Notes under the pieces: model-generated
Databases searched by the model: none
What the model was told of the DNA's origin: nothing
The model's input: only the letters and a program-made list of their open reading frames with translations
Part shown: one piece after another, positions 17,055 through 25,357 of the stretch
Layout of the letters: each line of letters starts with the position of its first letter
How positions within the stretch are numbered: position 1 is the stretch's first letter
Virus record (IMG/VR): IMGVR_UViG_3300032274_000037
Span: 1 to 27,130 of that record
Source: a virus
Lineage: Duplodnaviria; Caudoviricetes
DNA length: 27,130 nucleotides
Strand: one strand, 5' to 3'
Translations under genes and position numbers: made by a program

Positions 17055-17291
17055 TCATGCTTTTATAAAATCAGTCATTATTTGACTATTGCGCCTAGTG
17101 ACATACTCAAAAGTAATTCTTTTATCTTCATAATAAAAACAATTAGATAATCCATATACCCAGCCAGCATTAGCCTCTGTTTTAACTTCTGTACCATCTT
17201 CAAAAGTAAAAATATATCTTGGGTTGCCATTGATAGAATTTTTACCTCTTACACACTCAATACAGTTTTTTGTTGCTATTTGTTTACTCAT
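17055..17291 (-). CDS. First gene of the leftward early operon, hypothetical
   Basis: 78 aa, 'NSINGNPRY' motif, SD TTAGGAGAG. Confidence 0.7.
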   Translation of the reverse strand: MSKQIATKNCIECVRGKNSINGNPRYIFTFEDGTEVKTEANAGWVYGLSNCFYYEDKRITFEYVTRRNSQIMTDFIKA

Positions 17292-17304
17292 TTTTTACTC
17301 TCCT

Positions 17305-17476
17305 AAGTAATTTATATATCTCCTATTATGCATATAAAAACTTATTTGTACACATTATAAGCAACATTCTTTGCAAACAGATTAGGTGAATGCTCCAGGA
17401 ATGCGATAATATAGGGGCATAAGGGAAATTAATTTAATCTAAATTAATTCGTAATAAATGGTATTTATTCGGAAAA
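17305..17476. promoter_or_regulatory. Divergent control region between the early leftward operon and the terS/late operon
   Basis: AT-rich non-coding gap; extended -10-like TGcGATAAT at 17402-17410; inverted repeat AATTAATTTA-atc-TAAATTAATT at 17427-17449. Confidence 0.45.
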
Positions 17477-17923
17477 ATGACAACAAAAACACCTAAAAAG
17501 AGAGGAAGGAAGCCAATTGTTATAGACTATGAACAAGTAGAACATTTGGCATCTTTAAACCTTGGGATTATGGATATTTGCCGATCAATTGGGGTTGGTT
17601 GGGATACATTTAATAAACATAGGAACAAAAAAAATTCTGAATTGTCGGATGCATTGGCAAGAGGAAAGGCGAAAGGATTACAAAGAGCAACCTCTAAACT
17701 AGCCGAAAAAATAAACGAGGGCGATTTTCAAAGCATACAATTTTATTTAAAGAGTGCCGACCGAGAACGCTGGGCAGAAAAGCAAGAACATACGCATACT
17801 TTAAATTTGAGCGAAATAATTAGCTCGGCGAATTCGCGCATCATCGAACACCAAGCGGACGCGCTCCCCAGCGCGCGCGAAGATATCGACATCAAACAAC
17901 TAAACAAGGCCACGAAGTCATGA
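17477..17923 (+). CDS. terS: Terminase small subunit (putative)
   Basis: 'RGRKP' start, HTH 'GIMDICRSIGVGWDTF', 'ELSDALARGKAKG', 'IQFYLKS...W'; directly upstream of terL. Confidence 0.8.
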   Translation: MTTKTPKKRGRKPIVIDYEQVEHLASLNLGIMDICRSIGVGWDTFNKHRNKKNSELSDALARGKAKGLQRATSKLAEKINEGDFQSIQFYLKSADRERWAEKQEHTHTLNLSEIISSANSRIIEHQADALPSAREDIDIKQLNKATKS

Positions 17924-18035
17924 GAGCTTGCGCACGGGGTATTTATCTTCTCCCTTGTACCTACCCACGCGCACGAGCGCGCGAAGCTCACAGCGCTACT
18001 CTCCGCGCTTCTGATAGCGCGTTCACCTTTTGCGC
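17924..18035 (+). ncRNA. Candidate three-hairpin RNA with anti-SD loops in the terS-terL gap
   Basis: H1 GAGCTTGCGC...GCGCGAAGCTC (17924-17989) enclosing TCTTCTCCCT; H2 AGCGC-TACTCTCC-GCGCT (17992-18009); H3 GCGCG-TTCACCTTT-TGCGC (18017-18035). Confidence 0.4.
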
Positions 18036-18110
18036 GGGTGCGGATGATTAGCAAATGACCCCCCCTTTGATTGTGCGCGGGTAGTATGTATATATATACT
18101 GATGAACTAA

Positions 18111-18139
18111 TTTTTTTTAATTTTTTTTAAATTTTTTTT
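18111..18139. repeat. Three helically phased T8 tracts
   Basis: T8 at 18111-18118, 18121-18128 and 18132-18139, ending at the terL ATG. Confidence 0.85.
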
Positions 18140-19672
18140 ATGAAATATAAAGCCGAAGACGAAAAGAGATTGATGACGGAGATATGGTCGGTCAATGTAA
18201 AAGACGATCCATTAAACTTTGTTAAGTTTGCTTTCCCTTGGGGAATGAAAGACACCCCCCTCGAAGACTTTAAAGGCCCGCGCAAGTGGCAGGAAAAAAT
18301 TTTACGAGAAATGACAATCCATATTGCTAGAAATGGCACTAGGGATTTACCAGAGATGTTTAGAATGGCTGTAGCTTCAGGTCGTGGTATTGGTAAATCT
18401 GCTTTGGTTTCATGGATTATTCTTTGGATGTTATCCACAAGACTAGGGGCTACCATCATAGTAACCGCTAACACCGAACAACAGCTCAGAAGTAGAACTT
18501 GGGCTGAACTTGGTAAATGGATGACTCTTGCAATTAACTCTCATTGGTTTCAAAAAACTGCAACCACAGTTAAACCAGCGCCTTGGTTTCAAGAAGCGCT
18601 AGAGCGCGACCTCAAGATTGATACTGGTTATTACTACGCGCAGGCGCAACTATGGTCAGAAGAAAATCCAGATGCCTTTGCGGGTATTCACAGCTCCTAC
18701 GGGGTCTGTTTAATTATGGATGAGGCTTCGGGTATACCTTCACCCATTTACAGCGTATCGGAGGGTTTCTTCTCTGAACCAACATCCAATCGTTATTGGT
18801 TTACTTTCTCCAACCCGCGCCGAAACACAGGCCCATTCTACGATTCCTTTAATAGCAAAAAGCGCTTTTGGCAGAATGTGCAAATCGACTCGCGCACTGT
18901 CGAAGGCACTGACCAAAAACTCTTCCAATCGATGATCGAGCAGTATGGCGAAGATTCTACTGTCGCGCGCGTGGAGGTCATGGGCGAGTTTCCTAGCGCG
19001 GATGATGATACTGTCATACCGATGGACTTAGTGCGCGGTGCGGTAGAACGCGATGTCACGCTCACCGCGAATGAACCCATTGTTTGGGGTTTAGATGTTG
19101 CACGCTTCGGTGGCGATAACAGTGCGCTGTGCGTGCGCCAGGGAAATACTGTCTTAGAAATTAAATCATTTGCCTCCATGGACTTGATGCAACTTTGTGG
19201 TGTGGTTAAAAATCGCTACGATGATTCGACTGTCATGGAACAACCCCAAGAAATATTAGTCGATGTTATTGGACTTGGTGCGGGTGTGGTTGATCGATTG
19301 CGTGAGCAAAATTTACCAGTGCGCGGGGTGAATGTGGCAGAAGCTCCAAGTACCAAAAAGAACTATTTGAACTTGCGTGCTGAGTTATGGTTTGCGATAA
19401 AAGATTGGCTGGCGCAGCGTGATTGCCGACTTCCTAATGATGATGAGCTTGTCTCGGAATTGGCTGCGCCTCTCTATAAATATACCTCGACAGGAAAAAT
19501 AAAGATAGAGTCAAAAGATGAAATGCGCAAACGCGGAATAAAATCTCCCGACAAAGCAGATGCTTTGGCTTTGACCATGGCAAGTTCTGCGGCAAGTTTT
19601 AGTGGAAGCGAGAGTTATTTCGGTTATAATTTCAAAAAACCTTTAAAATCTCGAATCATTCGAGTGGGATAG
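18140..19672 (+). CDS. terL: Terminase large subunit
   Basis: Walker A 'VASGRGIGKS', Walker B 'LIMDEASG', 'FSNPRR', nuclease 'GLDVARFGGD' and 'SPDKADALAL'. Confidence 0.97.
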   Translation: MKYKAEDEKRLMTEIWSVNVKDDPLNFVKFAFPWGMKDTPLEDFKGPRKWQEKILREMTIHIARNGTRDLPEMFRMAVASGRGIGKSALVSWIILWMLSTRLGATIIVTANTEQQLRSRTWAELGKWMTLAINSHWFQKTATTVKPAPWFQEALERDLKIDTGYYYAQAQLWSEENPDAFAGIHSSYGVCLIMDEASGIPSPIYSVSEGFFSEPTSNRYWFTFSNPRRNTGPFYDSFNSKKRFWQNVQIDSRTVEGTDQKLFQSMIEQYGEDSTVARVEVMGEFPSADDDTVIPMDLVRGAVERDVTLTANEPIVWGLDVARFGGDNSALCVRQGNTVLEIKSFASMDLMQLCGVVKNRYDDSTVMEQPQEILVDVIGLGAGVVDRLREQNLPVRGVNVAEAPSTKKNYLNLRAELWFAIKDWLAQRDCRLPNDDELVSELAAPLYKYTSTGKIKIESKDEMRKRGIKSPDKADALALTMASSAASFSGSESYFGYNFKKPLKSRIIRVG

Positions 19673-19678
19673 TTTTAC

Positions 19679-21868
19679 ATGGCAAAAGATTACGAAGACA
19701 AAATGGAAGATATGCTTGAGAAAGAAGAGATGGAATCTTCTGAAGTAGAAGTCGAAGTTCAAGATGAAACTGATATGGAACACCTTACCAGTGTTATCAA
19801 ATCAGAGATGGATGATGCAAAAGATTTCATTCATCAAGTCGGCGCAGAGCGAGCAGAATCAACTGAGTATTATCTTGGTGAACAACCACAAGCACAATCT
19901 AGTATGCAGTCTGAATTTGTTTCAACTGATGTTAGAGATAGCATTTTGTTTATGTTGCCATCTATCATGCGTACCTTCTTTGGTACTAAAAAGATTGTTG
20001 AATTTGTACCGCATGGCCCAGAAGATATCCCTGTTGCCGAGCAACAAACCAATTATGTTAATTACATCATTCAAGAAAAAAATCCTGGCTTCCAAGTTTT
20101 ATACGATGCGTTCAAAGATGCCTTGGTTAGAAAGAGTGGTTTTGTTAAAGTTTTTTGGGATGATTCTATTACTGCATCTACCAGCGAATACACAGACTTA
20201 GATCCTGTTTCATATCAAGCCTTGGTGCTTGATCCTAATGTAGAGATTGTTGAAGAATCTGTCACCATGGAAACCATTACACAAGTTGATCCTTTATCTG
20301 GTGAAGAAATTACTCAAGAGATTCCAGCTAAATATGATTTAACGATTCGTAGAATTAAAGCTAAAGATCAAGTGTGTATTGAATCAATACCACCCGAAGA
20401 AGTTTTAATTTCACGCAACGCTAGAAATCTTGAATCTGCATCTTATGTTGCACATAGAATGATTAAATCTGTTTCTGATTTGGTTGCTATGGGTTATGAC
20501 CAAGATGAAGTTGAGCAATATGCAACGCAAAGCTCAAGTGCGGTTGACCCAGAAGCCTATGATGAAATCGAGGCAAGAAACCCATTTGACAACATGGTAT
20601 ACCCAGACCGAAGTGATACTGGGGCGAAAGAAGTTTTATATGTTGAACATTATCTTTTTTATGACTTCGATGGCGATGGCATCGATGAAAGAATAAGAGT
20701 TTGTACTGCGGGTGAAGGCGTTAATGTGCTGAATGTAGAACAATGGGATGATTTACCCATTGCTATGTTCTGCCCTGATCCTGAACCACACACTGCAATC
20801 GGTTCGTGTCCAGCGGATTACTTAAAGCCTATCCAAGCTGCAAAATCCCAAATTATGCGAGATACCCTTGATTCGCTTGGGCACTCTATCTTTCCTCGTA
20901 TGGCTGTTGTTGAAGGTCAAGTCAATATTGACGATGTTCTCAATACTGATATCGGACAGCCTATTCGAGTTCGCGCCCCTGGGATGGTTCAACCCTTTAC
21001 AGTACCCTTCGCTGGTAAAGAGGCTTTCCCTGTTCTTGGATACCTCGATGAAGCAAAAGAGAATAGGACTGGTGTGTCTAAAGCCTCTGCTGGCTTAAAT
21101 GCAGATGCTTTGCAATCAAGCACCAGTGCAGCCGTATCCGCTACCATGTCAGGAGCGCAAGGCCGAATAGAAATCATTTGCAGACATTTTGCAGAGGGTG
21201 GACTTAAACAACTCTTTAAAGTTACCAACAATTTAATTATCAAACATCAAAACGCACAAGATGTCTTTAGACTTGAAGGTCAATTTATTCCTGTTGATCC
21301 TAGATACTGGGAATCAGATAAAGACATGGTGGTGAATGTTGCTATTTCTAAATCTTCTGATGAAGAGAAGTTTGGCATACTTGCACAACTTGCAGGTAAG
21401 CAAGAACAAATCATGCAAACTCTTGGACCAAACAATCCATTGGTATCCATGCAACAATATTCAAATACTTTGACACGCATGATAGAACTTGCTGGATTTA
21501 AAGATGCTAATAGCTTTATTAATACTCAAGTACCACCTATGCCACCCGCGCCCCCAGAGCAACAACAACCTGATGCAGCTACCATGCTCGCACAAGCAGA
21601 AGCCATGAAAGCACAGAACCAAGCGCAGAAAGCTATCATTGATGCTGAGACTGATCGCATGAAAATTATCATGGATGATGACAGACAGCGTGATGAGACA
21701 GAAGCACAGATTAGACTAAAAGCAGCAGAATTAACCGCTAAATACGGAGCGCAAGTCAACATAGCAGAAATCAATGCTATCATGGAGCGTGACCGAGAAA
21801 ACATTAGGCAAACTGCAAAGGATCAAGCTCAAGGACTATTTACTGGCAATGGCAATCAAACTATATAA
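19679..21868 (+). CDS. Portal protein (P22-like, long C-terminal helical barrel)
   Basis: 729 aa after terL; 'FVSTDVRD', 'FKDALVRKSGFVKVFWD', 'ENRTGVS'; Q/A-rich C-terminal coil. Confidence 0.92.
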   Translation: MAKDYEDKMEDMLEKEEMESSEVEVEVQDETDMEHLTSVIKSEMDDAKDFIHQVGAERAESTEYYLGEQPQAQSSMQSEFVSTDVRDSILFMLPSIMRTFFGTKKIVEFVPHGPEDIPVAEQQTNYVNYIIQEKNPGFQVLYDAFKDALVRKSGFVKVFWDDSITASTSEYTDLDPVSYQALVLDPNVEIVEESVTMETITQVDPLSGEEITQEIPAKYDLTIRRIKAKDQVCIESIPPEEVLISRNARNLESASYVAHRMIKSVSDLVAMGYDQDEVEQYATQSSSAVDPEAYDEIEARNPFDNMVYPDRSDTGAKEVLYVEHYLFYDFDGDGIDERIRVCTAGEGVNVLNVEQWDDLPIAMFCPDPEPHTAIGSCPADYLKPIQAAKSQIMRDTLDSLGHSIFPRMAVVEGQVNIDDVLNTDIGQPIRVRAPGMVQPFTVPFAGKEAFPVLGYLDEAKENRTGVSKASAGLNADALQSSTSAAVSATMSGAQGRIEIICRHFAEGGLKQLFKVTNNLIIKHQNAQDVFRLEGQFIPVDPRYWESDKDMVVNVAISKSSDEEKFGILAQLAGKQEQIMQTLGPNNPLVSMQQYSNTLTRMIELAGFKDANSFINTQVPPMPPAPPEQQQPDAATMLAQAEAMKAQNQAQKAIIDAETDRMKIIMDDDRQRDETEAQIRLKAAELTAKYGAQVNIAEINAIMERDRENIRQTAKDQAQGLFTGNGNQTI

Positions 21869-22022
21869 CCTAGAAGTTTTAGTTGACGACCTAGTTTATG
21901 TCGGTAGTGATATTAGAGCCAAAAGCCAAGAAGATGCAGTAAGAATACTTGGTATTATCTCTGGTGGTGAAGTAACCGAGGATTCAGAAGTATTAAGCTG
22001 TGAGGAGAAAACTTTACACTAA
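21849..22022 (+). CDS. Small hypothetical protein (MAIKLYNLEV...)
   Basis: 57 aa, overlaps the portal end, TAATG-coupled to the next gene. Confidence 0.55.
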   Translation: MAIKLYNLEVLVDDLVYVGSDIRAKSQEDAVRILGIISGGEVTEDSEVLSCEEKTLH

Positions 22023-22294
22023 TGGGTATCACATACAGAGGCGAAAGGTTTAGCGGTTATAACAAACCCAAAAGAACGCCCAATCACAAAACAAAATCAC
22101 ACGCAGTTTTAGCAAAGGTTGGAGATATCATAAAACTTATTCGCTTTGGTCAACAAGGCGTAAGTGGAGCTGGTAAAAATCCTCAATCTGCAAAAGGCAA
22201 GGCTAGAAGAAAATCATTCAAAGCTAGACACGCTAAGAACATAGCCAAGGGTAAGTTGTCAGCAGCTTATTGGGCGAATAAAGTTAAATGGTAG
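22022..22294 (+). CDS. Conserved small basic phage protein
   Basis: 'GYNKPKRTP...KSHAVLAK...LIRFGQQG...RRKSFKARH...SAAYWA' family frequent in aquatic phages (from recall). Confidence 0.8.
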   Translation: MGITYRGERFSGYNKPKRTPNHKTKSHAVLAKVGDIIKLIRFGQQGVSGAGKNPQSAKGKARRKSFKARHAKNIAKGKLSAAYWANKVKW

Positions 22295-22306
22295 TATAAT
22301 AAAAAT

Positions 22307-22414
22307 ATGGATACATTAATTACAATTATCGTGCTGTCACTTGTTGGCGGTTTTTTAATAAAAAAATATAAGCCTACACTTTGGCATAAACTTACATCTA
22401 AGTTTTATAAATAA
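22307..22414 (+). CDS. 35-aa membrane peptide (MDTLITIIVLSLVGGFLIKK...)
   Basis: Read by hand; N-terminal hydrophobic helix then basic tail; no clear SD. Confidence 0.45.
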   Translation: MDTLITIIVLSLVGGFLIKKYKPTLWHKLTSKFYK

Positions 22415-22415
22415 A

Positions 22416-22565
22416 ATGCCAAAAGGACTATACGCAAACATTCATGCTAAACGCAAAAGAATTAAAGCTGGATCAAATGAAAAAATGAGAAAGCCAGGTT
22501 CTAAAGGTGCGCCAACAGCAAAAGCATTTAAAAAAGCAGCCAAGACTGCAAAGAAAAGGAAGTAA
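22416..22565 (+). CDS. 49-aa Lys-rich protein (MPKGLYANIHAKRKRIKAGS...)
   Basis: Read by hand; recognisable recurrent phage microprotein motif 'GLYANIHAKRKR...MRKPGSKGAPTAKAF'. Confidence 0.75.
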   Translation: MPKGLYANIHAKRKRIKAGSNEKMRKPGSKGAPTAKAFKKAAKTAKKRK

Positions 22566-22567
22566 CC

Positions 22568-22651
22568 ATGCCAAAAGGTAAAGGAACATACGGATCTAAA
22601 GTAGGCAGACCACCAAAGAAAAAATCTGCAAAAAAATCCAAGAAAAAATAA
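22568..22651 (+). CDS. 27-aa Lys-rich peptide with AT-hook-like GRP (MPKGKGTYGSKVGRPPKKKSAKKSKKK)
   Basis: Read by hand; AAGGA upstream; fills the gap exactly. Confidence 0.65.
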   Translation: MPKGKGTYGSKVGRPPKKKSAKKSKKK

Positions 22652-23002
22652 ATGCGACCATCCTCGGCAAAAGCCAAGGGTCGAAAGCTACAACAATGGG
22701 TTGTTGATAAACTTGTTGCTTTACTTGGTTTTGATCCTGAAGATTTAGAATCAAGACCTATGGGATCTTCGGGCGAAGATGTCATCATGGGCGTACAATC
22801 ACGCAAACAATTCCCCTACTCAATCGAGTGCAAAAACCAACAAGCAGTTAATGTTTGGAAGGCTTATGAACAGTCTTGTACTAACTGTAAAGATTACGAA
22901 CCTTTGGTTATAATAAAGAGAAACAATACCAAGCCATTGGCATTAGTCGATGCGGAGTATTTTATTAAACTTCATAACAAGGAAGAAAATGTCAGCGAAT
23001 GA
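22652..23002 (+). CDS. Holliday-junction-resolvase-like PD-(D/E)XK nuclease
   Basis: 'KAKGRKLQQWV...MGSSGEDV...YSIECKN...PLVIIKRN' Hjc-like pattern. Confidence 0.75.
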   Translation: MRPSSAKAKGRKLQQWVVDKLVALLGFDPEDLESRPMGSSGEDVIMGVQSRKQFPYSIECKNQQAVNVWKAYEQSCTNCKDYEPLVIIKRNNTKPLALVDAEYFIKLHNKEENVSE

Positions 23003-23126
23003 AATATGGGATTACAAAGGAATGTTTTGGGATGATGTTAATAAAAGATTTTACAGGTGGCACGAATTAAAACTCTTATTACAAGAGAGGGAATTAAAAA
23101 AGAAAAATGAAACTAAACAAAATTAA
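22989..23126 (+). CDS. 45-aa hypothetical protein (MSANEIWDYKGMFWDD...)
   Basis: Read by hand; SD AAGGA; overlaps both neighbours. Confidence 0.5.
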   Translation: MSANEIWDYKGMFWDDVNKRFYRWHELKLLLQERELKKKNETKQN

Positions 23127-23583
23127 AAACATAGTTAGCAGTCTTGCTCCAACACTAGGTGCAGCCATAGGTGGGCCACTAGGCGGACAAGCTGGTCAAA
23201 TACTTTCTCAGGTCTTAGGTGTTAAAAACTCTCCGCCAGATATAGAAAACGCCATTAACAATCTTACAGCCGAACAAATGGTTGAACTTAAAAAAGCTGA
23301 AAAAGATTTTCAACTAAAGATGAAAGAATATGAAATAGATATTTATGCTTTAGAAACAAAAGATATACAAAACGCTAGAGAAAAATTTAGTGGTGATTGG
23401 ACACCAAAGTTTTTAGGATCATTAACTGTGGTTGGTTTTATTGGTTATATATTTATGATTACAGCTTATCCTATTGACGATGCTTCAGACGATATTGTTA
23501 TGCTTATTCTTGGTTATTTATCAGGTATAGCATCAGCAGTTATTTCTTTTTATTTTGGATCAAGCAATAAGGATAGAAAATGA
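23107..23583 (+). CDS. Holin (GTA-holin / 3TM-like)
   Basis: 'LAPTLGAAIGGPLGG' N-terminus, two C-terminal TM helices ending 'SFYFGSS'; directly upstream of the endolysin. Confidence 0.75.
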   Translation: MKLNKIKNIVSSLAPTLGAAIGGPLGGQAGQILSQVLGVKNSPPDIENAINNLTAEQMVELKKAEKDFQLKMKEYEIDIYALETKDIQNAREKFSGDWTPKFLGSLTVVGFIGYIFMITAYPIDDASDDIVMLILGYLSGIASAVISFYFGSSNKDRK

Positions 23584-23954
23584 GCGAATGGAAGAACTTT
23601 AGGTTAGAAGAGTTTGCTTGTAAGCATTGTGGTAAAAATAAGATTGAACATGAGTTAATAGATAAGTTACAATCGCTTAGAGAGGACTTAGGTTTTCCAT
23701 TTGTTATTACTTCGGGTTATAGATGTTCAGAACATCCAATTGAAAGCAAAAAAAGTAAACCAGGAACTCACAATTTAGGCATTGCAGTCGACATCGGTTG
23801 CAGTCACAAACAAGCATTACAAATAGTATCCGCAGCAGAAGGTTACGGATTTACAGGAATTGGAGTTAATCAAAAAGGCAATGGAAGATTTATACACCTC
23901 GATATCAGCAAGGCTTCGGCTAATCGTCCAAGGCCTCATATCTGGAGCTATTGA
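23580..23954 (+). CDS. Endolysin, peptidase M15 family
   Basis: 'NFRLEEFACKHCG', 'ITSGYRC', 'H..G.AVDI', 'FIHLD' Zn-peptidase motifs. Confidence 0.92.
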   Translation: MSEWKNFRLEEFACKHCGKNKIEHELIDKLQSLREDLGFPFVITSGYRCSEHPIESKKSKPGTHNLGIAVDIGCSHKQALQIVSAAEGYGFTGIGVNQKGNGRFIHLDISKASANRPRPHIWSY

Positions 23955-23960
23955 TTTCTA

Positions 23961-24197
23961 ATGGAACTTTCATTCTATGTGGTTTGGAATATTTTTGTAA
24001 CTTTGGTCATAGCACCATTGTTCTACTCCATACGCAAAAATGAAAACGAAGCAAAAAGGATTGACATATTAGTGAATAAAACAAGAGAAGAGATAGCTAG
24101 AGACTATGTAACAAGACAAGCACACAATGTTGAATATTCCAGATTAATGGACAAAATAGACAAACTTGATGCTAAAATAGATAAACTAATAACTTAA
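23961..24197 (+). CDS. Small membrane-anchored coiled-coil protein (lysis-associated?)
   Basis: N-terminal TM helix, 'ARDYVTR' and 'IDKLDAKIDKL' coil. Confidence 0.65.
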   Translation: MELSFYVVWNIFVTLVIAPLFYSIRKNENEAKRIDILVNKTREEIARDYVTRQAHNVEYSRLMDKIDKLDAKIDKLIT

Positions 24198-24201
24198 TAA
24201 C

Positions 24202-25029
24202 ATGGCAATAGGAATACCTGGTATTAACTTACCAACACAATCAATGGCAGGGCCAGTCGCAACTGGTCAATCATATGCACAACAAATAGCTGGTGGTATG
24301 CCAATGGAACAAGTTATTGCACCAGGCGTTAGTTATTCCCCAGAAATGGCTGGTGGTTATACACAAGAAGACTTAACACCAAAATTTGTTGGCGAAGGCC
24401 CAGTTCTTGTTATGCCTAAAGCCCCAACCAAAGGAACTCCATTTGCGCCCAACGAAGGTTTTGTACAGATGCCAAGTGCGCCACAGGGCGTAACAGGGCC
24501 AACTAGACTGTTGCCTTCTTTACAAGGTTTAGATTTTAGTGGTTTGCCGAGGTTTGAAGATATTAGAGATATCAGAGGCGTTGAAGATATTACACCAACA
24601 TTATTTGATATTGATATAGATGAAATATTAAAAGATATTGATACAGAAAAGTTTGAAGACATAGATTTAACTGGTATTGATATACCAGCAATACCACAAG
24701 CACCAGTAATGCCCGAAGTTCCTGTAATGCCTACAGCTCCAGCATTTGAAGAACCTAAACCATTTATTCCAGAAGTACAAAATATACCAATGAACTTTAC
24801 TGGTTTACCACAAATGCCAGTTATACCAAATATTCCAGTCATGCCTGAGTTACCAATAGTGCCACAACAGATAGTGCCACAACCTATTCAGCCAATGAAC
24901 TTTACTAGATTATCCAACTTACCAGTTTCTAATTTTGTCCAGCCTAGTGTTGACGAAATAGTTAGACCTATCACAAGGCAAGGTAAGTTTTTGCCACAAA
25001 CACCAAGAGGATTATTTAGTTTAGTATAA
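24202..25029 (+). CDS. Proline-rich, probably disordered protein
   Basis: 275 aa with PVMP and PMNFT repeats and an acidic D/I-rich patch. Confidence 0.7.
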   Translation: MAIGIPGINLPTQSMAGPVATGQSYAQQIAGGMPMEQVIAPGVSYSPEMAGGYTQEDLTPKFVGEGPVLVMPKAPTKGTPFAPNEGFVQMPSAPQGVTGPTRLLPSLQGLDFSGLPRFEDIRDIRGVEDITPTLFDIDIDEILKDIDTEKFEDIDLTGIDIPAIPQAPVMPEVPVMPTAPAFEEPKPFIPEVQNIPMNFTGLPQMPVIPNIPVMPELPIVPQQIVPQPIQPMNFTRLSNLPVSNFVQPSVDEIVRPITRQGKFLPQTPRGLFSLV

Positions 25030-25296
25030 ATGTCAGTTACACACGAAGAAGTAGTTAAAGCAGCAGAAGCCGAGAGAATTTTAAATTCTGATGTCTTTAA
25101 AGAAGCAATAGAAAATCTTAAAAACGAATACATAACTCATTGGTTAAACTCTCGTGGCATTGACGATGTTGCAGTTAGAGAAGACTTCCACAGATCATTA
25201 TTACTTCTTCCCGAAGTAGAAAGACATCTACGAATCATGGCTGAGAAAGGTAAACTAACAAAAGCCAACATAAACAAAATTCGTAACATAGCCTAA
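25030..25296 (+). CDS. Conserved hypothetical head-module protein
   Basis: 88 aa helical ORF upstream of the scaffold, a position typical for this phage type. Confidence 0.7.
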   Translation: MSVTHEEVVKAAEAERILNSDVFKEAIENLKNEYITHWLNSRGIDDVAVREDFHRSLLLLPEVERHLRIMAEKGKLTKANINKIRNIA

Positions 25297-25357
25297 AACT
25301 TTCCCTTTTATACATTATTGGTTTAAAATATCCCTAAATACAAAATAGGAGTATTTT

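Noticed and set aside
17743-18054. 103-aa minus-strand ORF across the terS end
   Set aside because: Antisense to terS, no SD, and open mainly because the region is GC-rich and structured.
18127-21804. Numerous alternate-frame and antisense ORFs inside terL and portal (and similar ones in 1220-5617, 9117-10492, 15181-15890, 22528-26000)
   Set aside because: Nested in well-supported genes, no RBS or recognisable motifs; expected shadow ORFs.
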